Assembly: GCF_036321535.1 (NCBI RefSeq)
Contig: NC_087436.1
Location: forward strand, 38,752,001 to 38,816,000
Reading direction: 5' to 3'
Origin: Camelus dromedarius
Taxonomy: Eukaryota
DNA: 64,000 nt
Shown: piece after piece, positions 53,199-64,000 of the stretch
How positions within the stretch are numbered: the stretch's first letter is position 1
How the letters are laid out: the number at the start of each line of letters is the position of its first letter
Notes under the pieces: model-generated
Seen by the model: only the letters and a program-made list of their open reading frames with translations
Told to the model about the DNA's origin: nothing
The model's database searches: none
Translations under genes and position numbers: made by a program

Positions 53199-54856
53199 TA
53201 AGAAGGTCTTTTCTCTTTAGAGTGCATAGATCTCAAAGTTAGCTATTGCTATATCTATCTATCTATCTATATATAACAAAGTTAGCTATTCAAGTTAGCT
53301 ATTGCTGAAATTGCTGATCACAAAAACATTACGGTTTACAACGATCTGAAATGTACAAAAGTGTCTTTTTCCTCTGGCAAGTCAGTGCTGACGTGACTTT
53401 GGGGTACCCTCAGTCTTCAGTCAACAGAACCCCCTCAACTCCCTCCTCACTGCACCACTAAGCCTCCCCCAGGGCTGTGTGCATGTTGGGGCTGTCCAGA
53501 GGGTGACATGGTGTTTTAACTCTCTCATTTACCTTTCATTACTGCAATAAAGAAATTCAACATTAAGTAAAAAACCCCTAAAGTACTGCTCCAAGTTCAG
53601 CACTCCAGGTCAACTAAAAGTTGGAATTGCCTCCTGGTGAAACAAATTTCAGAATGTTTTATAAGCTTTGCACACAGACGGTGGGGCGCCAAGGTGTGAG
53701 TTCAGCCTGGATGATGTGAATTTAGCTGCAGAAAGAGCGGCAGTCAGCATTATTTTATTACTCTTTCTATCCAACTCTGAAGGAGTGCATTCCTTGCACC
53801 ACATCGACATGCTTTCCATTTAAAGACAGAAGCCCTTAAACCTGCTTGTAACTTCATTCTGTCAGTAGGTTTTATTATTTCTCGTCTTGAATATGTAATT
53901 ATATGTATATCATGGAGTCCACTGAATTCTTCCTATTCAAGCCCATTGCTATTTATGTCTGCCCTGAAAATTAGTAGGAGCTTTTGGAAGACATTCCAAC
54001 GAGACAGAGTTATTTCTGTCTCTGTGCTGTAGGCTGTATTGGCACTGGTGTTGGTCCCCATGTCTTAACTGCTTCAAAACATAGCAAGTACCTTTTAAAA
54101 TCAGTGTAATAGACATCTAGTCTCCTATTCTGTTAATGACAGCTGAGAATATTTGGTGGGGAACATGGTTTTAGATTGGCTGCTTATTCTGTTATTCGTT
54201 TATAGTCCATTAATGTAAACCCTGCTTGAAAGATTTGCATTCTTAGGCTGTATCATCTGATGGCAAAATAAATTCATGATTGTGAATAAAATATGCCATG
54301 TAAAGATTTATGTTGATCAATAATTAGTATAATTGTGAGTACATCACCTTAGTATGGTATAATGAGGGTGATAGATCTATATTTAAAAAGACATATTTTA
54401 AACCAATATTTGCAGCTTTGGATGGGACTGTTATTGCCAGTATCCTCCTAACAAGTATGTGAGCTTTCAGTTTGCCCCAGTAATAAGTTACGAGCTATTT
54501 TTATAGTCTTAGCTTAAATCTAGTCTTAATATAATTCAGAGACTACACCGAATTTTGCATAGAGTGAATTTCAACTTCAAATGATATAAAGAGATCCCTC
54601 TTTCTCCTTGTTAACTTATAATGTATGACGTTAGGAGACTGTGTGTTAACACTTGTTATCTAGTAGTTGTGCCGTGTAGCTAACACTTGCTTTGCATCAG
54701 TTCCTAATTTTTTGCAGAATAAACATCTGCACTGTTTGGTTTTCTAATATTTATTTAAACTGTAAATATTTTTGGATGTTGTTTGTGTTTCAGGCAATAT
54801 AACAAGACAGTTTTATAGACAGTTCTTACTTGGCTGTGGTCTTACCTGTTTTCTAG

Positions 54857-54994
<138 letters not shown>

Positions 54995-55482
54995 TAATGG
55001 TTAAATTATTATCCAAGTAATATATGTGTTTCATTAAAAATCCAAATGGTTCAGATTCAGTTTTTAAATAGTTTAGCTGTTTCTTCTAACAGTTATTTTT
55101 TGGATTTCCTAATTCCCATGCACTGTTGCTTTATCACTATTAGACAGTATTCATTAACTTAGCAGATGAGGATTTATTTTACTTATACCATCCTTTACTT
55201 GCCATTACCCTTATCCTATCAATATTGCTATGTCACTGTTTTAAGTTACTGGATGGGTTGCATTTGTAGCATTAAATTCAGGGTTTTACTTCTTACTCTG
55301 ACAATTAGAGACATCATCCTCATATGGATGATGGATATGGATGAATCTCTAGATTCCAAGCTTTGTAAGATGAGGATCTTGCTTTTGCATCCCTTATGTC
55401 TCCTTCCCAACTACAACTCCTTACCTCTACTTTTTCCATCTGGACTTTGTCTTTTATTTTGCCCACATTGATAACATATATA

Positions 55483-55971
55483 CAAACAATCCTCAACTTA
55501 CAACGAACGGCTCAACTTAGAATTTTTTTCTACTTTATGGTTATGGAAAAGCTATACACATTCAGTGGAAACCATTCTTCGAATTTTGAATATTGATCTT
55601 TTCCTGGTAAGAGGCTTTCTCGCGATGCTGGACGGTAGCAGTAGTGCAGCTCCAGTTAGCCATGCGATCATGAGGGTGAACATACGATACACTTAACAAC
55701 CGTTCTGTACCCACACAGCCATTCTATTTTTCGCTTTCAGTACAGTATTCAGTAAATTACATGAGATATTATTTGTTATAAAATAGGCTTTGTGTTAGAT
55801 GATTTTGCCCACCTGTAGGCTAGTGTAAGTGTTCTGAGCATGTTTAAGGTAGGCTAGGCTAAGCCATGATGTTCAGTAGGTTAGGTGCATGAAATGGATT
55901 TTTGACTTTCAGTATTTTCAACTTAACGATGGATTTATCAGGATGTAACCCCATTGTAAATGGAAGAACTG
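55483..55971 (-). mobile_element. Tigger5/MER47-like Tc1-mariner non-autonomous element
   Basis: TA flanks at both ends; aagtgttctgagcatgtttaaggtaggctaggctaagc...ggatgtaaccccattgtaa matches the antisense MER47 consensus as recalled. Confidence 0.85.
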
Positions 55972-57419
55972 TATTCTACAGCCACAATTAACTTTTCTTA
56001 AGCTTTGTCTAGGTTAGTTCTAAAATTACAGTTTAAAATAAAGTGTTTATAAATACCATGCCTATGTAAATGTTGTTCATATTACTTTTGTTATAGAACT
56101 TAGTTTTTCTTGATGTTTCTGAAATTTTATCTTTTTTCTTTGAACTCTTTGCTCTAGTGTAGCCTCATGTTGGTCCCAACCCCCCAAACTCTCCATTATT
56201 TAGGCATTCTGTTGAGTTTTTCTTTTTCATGGAGCTCTCCAAGTTGAAGTTCTCTCTCTTCTTTCAAGTGAAACAGTTTCTCCCCGTGCCTGCTGCACAG
56301 GGGTCATCATAGAACTTTCCTTTACTGCTTTCTTAGAGAGACTCCACTGGTTATCCCCTGGATCCCAACACTCCTTCTTTCTCAGTTACTCCATTGTTCT
56401 GTTATAGCACATTCTCAGTTAACTACTCGAGACCGGTATTGGTGAGGTAAGCTATCTGAAAAGCCTTGCATATGTGAAAATATCTATTGTAACATCCTGC
56501 CAATTTTTCTGGGTATAAAATACTAAATTGAAAATTTAGTTCCTAAGGATTTAAAGGTGGTACTTTGTCTTCTACTCGCCTCCATATTGTTCTGATTCTT
56601 GGCACTTCTTTTTTTTTTTTTTTGTCACTAAGCTTTTTGGATTTTTTTCAGAATTAAAGACAATTTTTTTTAGCTCTTATAACTGAATTTCACAATATGA
56701 TTCTTTTTTTCATTCATCATGATGTTACCTGGTCATTCCTTTCAGTCTGGAGACTTAAGCCATTCAGTTTTATGTAATCTTTTTCTATATTTCTTTGATA
56801 ATTCATCTCCCACACCCCTCTAATTTCTTTTTAGAACTTGTGTTAATATGACCGGGGACCTTCTATTGCCTTCAGCTGCAGTATCTTCCTAACTTCTCGC
56901 TGCTCCATTCCTGCCACCCATAATCCAGTCTTCATTGTTACAAACACACCTGTGGTCTTGTCACTTGTTTCCTGCCCTCCATCACAGTCCAGACCACTTC
57001 AGAAGACGTATAGGGCTTTTGAGGTTCTTTCTCTGCTTAACTCTGCAACCTCATCTCCCCAGTTCTCCTCTTTACACTCTATATCCTCATAAAACTTGAT
57101 TGAAACTTGCAGTTGACTGCTTTCTCTCAATCCAGTTCTTTTTGACTGAGATATTTTCCTTCTCCACTTCACCTGAATGATTTGAACTGAGCTAGGATAG
57201 TATCACCTCCAGTAAATTTTCTATACCCTTTCTCCCCTGTCATTGCACAAATATTTTGTGAGATTAGATGAAATTCTATGGAATTAAAGGAATGAGAAAT
57301 TACCAGGAAAAACACAAAAGGAACTCTTAAAACTTTGTTTATTTTGGACAATGTTTATTGTGCTCTGTGAAAATATTGGCAGTGTTGATAAATATTGATC
57401 TCAGAAGTTTGGATCAACA

Positions 57420-57630
57420 AAAACAGTAGTGTGTTTTCTGTATTCGATCCTGCTCAAAATGCTCTATAAATGTTAACTTATTTCGTCCTCACAACAGCCT
57501 CATGATTTGGGAGCTATTATTATCTGCATTTTTAAGAAACTTGCTTTAAATCACAAAGCTGGCAGGAGGGGAAGCTAGAATTAAAAACTGTTGGCTCTGG
57601 CTTCAGAGTCGGTGATCATAACCACTATAC
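57420..57630 (-). mobile_element. MIR SINE
   Basis: tcctcacaacagcctcatga...tattattatctgcatttt...tcacaaagct...cttcagagtc. Confidence 0.65.
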
Positions 57631-57822
57631 TAATTATACTAACCATCAACAGGGAAGCTTTGTTGGTAAGCAGAGACTTAGATATTTAACACTTGAAAGA
57701 AAGCTTGGTTGTAACTTGTTAGATTATATAGAAACAACTTATAAAACAACATATAAATCATCGTATTGCTTTAATAATTGCAAGCAATTGCTAAATAATA
57801 AGTTCTTATTTTTTTTGTCTAG

Positions 57823-58014
<192 letters not shown>

Positions 58015-60017
58015 TAAAGCACTGTTTTTAAACCTCACATTGACCTCAGAACTCTTTCCCAAACCCAGCTGAATATGGTTGTTTATGTAAAGTCAACCAG
58101 AGTATGATCTGTTCTGGTGGAAAAGGGGTAGAGGTGAGGTTGGAGGATGCCTTCAGTGCACCCTTTCACCTTGGAGCCCTCCACTAAGTAGCTACCATGG
58201 GAATGTCAGTGTGCTGCCTTTGTCAACGGCTGCCCTGCCTTGATGAAGAAGTACATTGTCATTATGGTGTGCAGACCTTTTATGGTTAGAAATAGTGGTG
58301 CCCTCTTGCTATGAACAGGTAGGACCCCCCCCCCCCCCATTCTGAATAGGTTGGGTATAGAAATTTCTTTTTACAAGAGATCGTATAGAAAACAAAAGGC
58401 ATGGCCCAATGGAGGCAGTGTTACTAAAGATGGCTGTAAGTCCTAAGTTCATTACCCACAGAGGAAAGCCACTAAACTGTTCTAATTGGTAGAGTTCAAG
58501 CCATTGATTTGTAATGTAAAGAAATAAGATGTGTGAGGAAAGATGGAGTGTTCTCACAGAGTGCTGGTTACTTCTGGACAGCCAACTGATTTTGCTGTTA
58601 GAATCAGGACTCTTAGCCTAAAGCGGTTTTCCTTTATGTAGTTTCTTTTCCTTCTCAACCAATGAACCACTGTTTTGGGGATATTTCTTTTTGATGTAGT
58701 TGTTTTTTTTTTCCTTTAGACCTTGAGAATAGGCTCTTCATTGGTGGGTTAGGAAAGAGAATGGGGTTTTCAATTATGTAGGCTAGTTACAATCCATACA
58801 TGATATCTGAATTGATGATTTGGGGGGAAGTAGAATAATAAAAGATATTTAATACTTATATTTTAAAATTTTTAAATTGTTTTAAATAGTGAGCCTCTAT
58901 GATTCAACATTATCTGAATCATTCTCTGTTTGTGTGTAATTCTCATTAATAAGAAATCAAATGAGAATTCACTGTGCTATATATAAGATAATTGGTATTC
59001 TCAAAGATATTATTTCATATTTTCAATCAGTTATAAACTCCTTTCCCAAAGAGATAATTAGAAGATCACAGCCATCCTTTTAAAGTTCAGGTCAGAATTC
59101 GTTAATGCAGTATGTCAATTTATCATTTTTGCTCTGTGACCTGCTCTTCAGCATTGAATTTTTGAAAGTTATACACAAGGGTACTCCTATTTTTAGACAG
59201 TTTAAATATCACTTTAATTAACATTCAGCTCATGCTGAATGACCAGTTAACACCTATCAAGGCAGCAACTGACTGGTGTCAGTGGTGCTTTGAGGTATAG
59301 CTCAGCAATATGCCCTTTAATATATTTTGCTTACTTTTTAACAAATTAATTTGTGGAGTGTAACAGTTAAGTGACTTGGTGTTCATTTATATTATAATTA
59401 CTTTTTATTAAAAATATTTCAACAACATGAGCAAAAATCCAAATGTGAGCAAGAAAAAAAAATGTACGTCCTTCAACCCCCTAATTAAACTAATGTCATT
59501 GTTTTATTTCTGTGTTTCCTTCCAGTTTATTTAGTTGTAAATACAGCATGGGTGCAACTATGTATTCTGCTTTTTAATCTAACTTCAAAAGTACTTCTCA
59601 ATGTTACTAAAATCTTCATAATTTCAGGGTTTCATAAAGTATTCCTGAATTATATGTCTTTAAAAAAAACAGCAATCAATGTATGCATGAAAGCTAAAAC
59701 TTGAGGATTTTGAATAAATATAGAGAAAATTTGAAGCTAATATATTCATTAACAGTTGGTAGCAAAGCAAAAACAAATAGTATTCAAATAAGCATTTTTG
59801 CAAGTTAGTATGAGAAACAGCAGGAGCATGGTTCTTAGTAACGGGAAGTAGACGTGAGGATGTCCTAAAGCACTCGGTTTGTTTGAGAAAAAGTTAAAAA
59901 AATGTCACGAACAGTGGTGTCTTCAGTCAGTCGCACAGATTTGTCTGTCTGTATCTGGATAGTTTTCACTACCTTCTCAAACTTATTTTTCAGTCTGTGT
60001 TGTTGGTCTGTTTTCAG

Positions 60018-60085
60018 GATTCTTTTTCTAGTGTGTTTCACATGGAACGTGAGGAATTAGAAAAATCGTCAGATACTTTACCAAG
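60018..60085 (+). CDS. PDE5A: PDE5A exon 7 (68 nt): DSFSSVFHMEREELEKSSDTLP + AG; gene continues beyond the window
   Basis: Acceptor ctgttttcag|GAT, donor AG|gtaaga; no following exon (INYMYAQY..) recognised before 64000. Confidence 0.96.
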
Positions 60086-61169
60086 GTAAGAAGATTTACT
60101 GTTAATCTGTCTTTATCACAAGTATATAATAATGGCTAAACAGTTACTTCCTGGCCTTTTTCATTTAAGACATGGAAGGGTCAGCTGCTTTTTTCCTCCC
60201 ACAAATAATTCCATTTGTGAAAGTACTTTACTATTTGATGTTACAGTTCCAGGGTTTTTTCCACTGCAGTTGACCTGTAGGAGAATGCTTTCTTACAGTG
60301 AATGGTGTCATGATTAGTATAGGCCTGAGTACAGCGTGTTTTGTGAACTGGCTCATTTAAGGCCCACAAGTACTATATTTCAGTTACATTTGTGCATATT
60401 ACATACTGGAACCTCACTGGAAATTTGATAGGCTTCAAACACATTTTTTCTGTGAGTCTGTTCTGATCTGGAATCAGCCATGGGGATTTAACTAACACTG
60501 GAAGGGAGCCTGTGATCTCAGTCACACCAGTACATGTACCTATGGCTGGAGTCAGATCAGTTCTCTATTGTAGTTCATTTCTTTTTCATGTTTTCTGTAA
60601 TTTTGAAAATTGTGTTCATTTTTTGTTGTTAATTGGTACTCAGAAACAGTAGCAAGTATTAATATATTGAAGCTATAGATGTTACTGCCCCAATTTTATG
60701 TGTGCTTTCTGAAGAATTTTGGAAAGGATTTAGAGTAAATGTTCTTTCTCATATTTCCCTTTGCACCCTTAGCAAAATACTGGTGTTGTTTGCTGAAGTG
60801 ATAGGATAATCTAAGGAATATAAGTCTGCCAGGGTAAAGCATCAGGAATTCTTGGATGTAATGCTATTTTATTATACTATTCATTATTCATTTCTTTCAA
60901 ATTATTTCACCCCCAAAATAATTTGTGTCAATTAATTTTACCCTCAATTATTGATGTTTCATCTAAAAGCCTCATATGCTCATAGAAACAGAACCTTAAC
61001 TTTACTATTTGATATTAAAGTTCTAGGTTTTTTACACTACCCTTGACCTATCAGAAAATTATTTCATGTACTGAATGGTGTCACAGTACTGTCCTCAGTA
61101 ACCAAGCTCCTTAGTGGTGGTGCTTTAAAATTAACCTCTGTGCAAATCTAAACTATAGAACATTCTGTA

Positions 61170-61672
61170 AGATAACTGGCCAGGTCTCTTCAAAAAGTCA
61201 ATGTCATTGAATAAGATGGAGGGTGGAACTGTTTTTGGACATAATAGCCAAATGCAGTATATGAACCTTGATTAGATCTTGGTTGAAACAAATAGCTATC
61301 AAAGACATTTCTGAGGACAACTGGAAATTTGAATATGAACTGGATATAGATGTTGGTGGGGAATTATTGTTACCTTTTCTTTGGAATTAGGAAGATAACC
61401 ATGATTAGTAGAAGACTGTTCTTATTTCTAGGAGATGCATGCTGGTGTATTTAAGGATGAAGTGTTAGGATGTCTGCACCTTAGTTTAAAATGTTTCAGC
61501 CAAAAATAAATAAATATCTAAATTTAATATATTTAAACAAATAAATGTATTCACACATATATATGTAGATATAGCTAATGTGGCAAATATTAAAAATTGT
61601 TGAATCTAGCAGTAGGATATTCATTTTACTTTCAGCTTTCTTGTGTATTTCAAAACGTTCACTATAAAAAAT
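61170..61672 (+). mobile_element. Ancient L1 (L1MC/ME-like) 3' UTR
   Basis: aactggccaggtctcttcaaaaagtcaatgtcat...ggaaatttgaatatgaactggata...aatgtggcaaatattaaaaattgttgaatctag. Confidence 0.7.
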
Positions 61673-62073
61673 TGGAAGAAAATGTTTGTAGTAAAAAGTT
61701 GGAAACAAAGTAAAATGAAATCATCTCTGCAGATCATATAAAGCAGAACTGAGTTTGCAGCTGCAAGAATAAAATACTTCAACAAAATTATAAGTGAGTA
61801 ATTACTGACAGATTGCAAAAGAAGATGAGCAGAGGACAAAGGAAATCTTTAGAGAATGATCACTGGCAAGGGTGAAAGAGGGGTCAGAGAAATAGCAGGA
61901 AAGTTGTATAAATTCACTGTCACATAAACTGATACATGACTGGCCAAGTTTGAGAAAAGAAAGAAGCAGCCAAAAGTGTTAAGTGTTGCAGAGAAGAGTA
62001 AGGACTGGGAATAGATAGTGTTCATCTAGTGATATTTATACAAGCAGTTCATGAATAGAAACCTTGCAATTCC

Positions 62074-62129
62074 AAAAAAAAAAAAAAAAAAAAAAAAGAA
62101 GAAGAAGGAGGAGAAGGAGAAGAAGAAAA
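62074..62129. repeat. Poly(A) running into (GAA)n/(GGAGAA)n, uninterrupted polypurine tract
   Basis: aaaa...aaagaagaagaaggaggagaaggagaagaagaaaa read directly. Confidence 0.9.
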
Positions 62130-64000
62130 TAGTTCAGTGCACAGCGTGGTTTTGCTCTGACCCTCTTAATTAAGACCGACCCATGGATCAGTGTGAGGTC
62201 TGCAGAAACTGTCTTCTGTCCTCTGTACCTTTTCCTTTCTTCTTCTTCTCTTATCTCTTGTAGCATTTCTTGTCCCCTTACATGTTCCCCATCAAGACTC
62301 AGAAACTGTTGACTATAGTGACTTGAAGTTGTTAGCTTGTTAAGTGACTGTATTTAAATCATGACTCATTATTTCAAGACTGTTATTTAACAATATGATA
62401 CATGAAAGGCCTTTTCTTCTATTAAAAGACTTTTAGGAATTAGCAAAAGAGTGAATGTAACTTGGGAGCAGGTGGGGATTTTATTTGACTCAGAAGGTAC
62501 TCCTTGGTTGCTGACTTGACTGCCTACTTGGGTGTAGGATGTGTAGTCAAGGTGGATAAACCGTGGTATCTCTACCCAGAGATTCTTCTGCTACCCTGGA
62601 GTTTCTGGCTCACATAGTTACAACAGAATAGCCAACCTTTGTTTCCTTTTTAGCATTGCTGGTCGTGAACTGAAGTTTATATTGCATTTCCATGCCTCTG
62701 TGTATGCATTTTCTGGCATATTTGATGTTGTTTTAGTTTGTATTGAATCCTTTTTGAATATGTCCTGTTATCTCTCTTAAGTGCTGGTATTGGGCTATGC
62801 TGCCTATGGCAGTTTTGAAGACTTTTTCTTAGGAGGAGCATTAATATATATAGCTAATATATATTAGTTTGATTTTATGATGCCATAACATTTTTGTTGC
62901 TTTTTATAAAGAACATGTTAGAAAGCTTCTAAACATGTAAATATTTGATTACTTTACTTTTCGGCTTGCATAAATAATGAATTGCTGTATTTATTAAAAA
63001 ATACATATATACATGTATATTTATGAATTTACATGTATCCACACTATAGGAGGAAAATCAGTATGATAATGTATATTAAATGTACAAAATGATGAATTAT
63101 TACATTTACCTTTGAATATTTGTATAGCAGTATATGCTTGTGTAGCTATATTTTATGTATTTGCATTTTGATTTTCGTTAAAATTCTGACAATTCCTCTA
63201 ATTTTTCTAAGTGACAGCTGCGCAAACCTAGTCACTTGGTATAATAGTGACCTCTACTGGTGAATATTTTTTTAAGTGTGGTCTTAACTATATGTAAGTC
63301 TAAGCTATATATTTGATTTGTTTCTGATGAATATCATGTTCCCTCACTGTAGGTAAAATAGAAGATCTCTTCCTACTTTTAAAAATCATTCCAAGACAGT
63401 CTTAGTATAAAGATATTTTTCATAAAGGATAAATAGGTCAGTGTGGTTACCTTAAATGAAACTAATTTACATGGATCATTTTAACTGATTTATAAACCAA
63501 TTTTACAGCAATGAAAATTATTCAGCATTAATGCCTTACATCATCTAATAGTTAGCCTTTATTCTAATGATGCAATAAAAGACCTCTTAGTAATGTAAAT
63601 ATGTTTTTATTTTAATAAAAATTAGATATCAAGCTTAATTTTGTGAAAACGGTGAATTAAAATGGTGCTTAGTAACTTCAGCATTTTGAAAAACTACTAA
63701 CTGACATTGACACTTGACCAGCAGATTCTTCATTACATTTCTAAAATTATTTATTAATAGAATTTAGGCCTCTCCAGTTCTCATTAAATACTTTGTCAAT
63801 CCCAACAGTCTCCATGAGATGAAATGCTAGGCAATTTGATGATGTTAGCAGTAAGCAAATCATTTTCTGTAGGCAGTTATGTATCAGTTGAAAATCATGG
63901 CTATTTGGTGTTTTTCTAGCCAACCCACTAATTATCTATTATAAATTAATTTGTTGAAGACAGTTTTGAAATGTTAAGTATAAAACTAAACAAACATTAG

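Noticed and set aside
59294..59305. ggtatagctcag matching the SINE/tRNA A-box region
   Set aside because: Only 12 nt; no B box, tail or TSD.
63020..63070. aatttacatgtat resembling exon 8 (INYMY)
   Set aside because: Neighbouring codons do not give AQYVKNTM and there is no acceptor; AT-rich coincidence.

Overview
Mammalian genomic DNA holding the 5' half of PDE5A (cGMP-binding, cGMP-specific phosphodiesterase 5) on the + strand. It contains a CpG-island promoter (~3.6-6.2 kb) with alternative first exons (A1 type MEPAGPGS..., A2 type MLPFGDKTR, and a probable A3-type exon between them). Six shared exons follow, encoding the PKG site (RKIS92), GAF-A and the start of GAF-B; the catalytic domain lies beyond the window. 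A Vic-1-like tRNA-derived SINE and a bovine-like N-terminus point to a camelid. Introns are filled with old L1, L2, MIR, MaLR/ERVL LTRs and hAT/Tigger MITEs, whose subfamily names come from recalled consensus similarity, not a search. No microbial-type system, CRISPR or true RNA gene is visible. The best candidate for something undescribed: upstream AUGs in two different first exons (5003 and 5850) both splice into the same open +1 frame of exon 2, predicting 77-aa and 90-aa overlapping ORFs with a shared 70-aa body. Also notable are a GC-AG intron whose donor is complementary to the same exon's acceptor region, a 24-nt templated insertion in an LTR, and substitutions at residues recalled as conserved (F32S, C378R, T389P).
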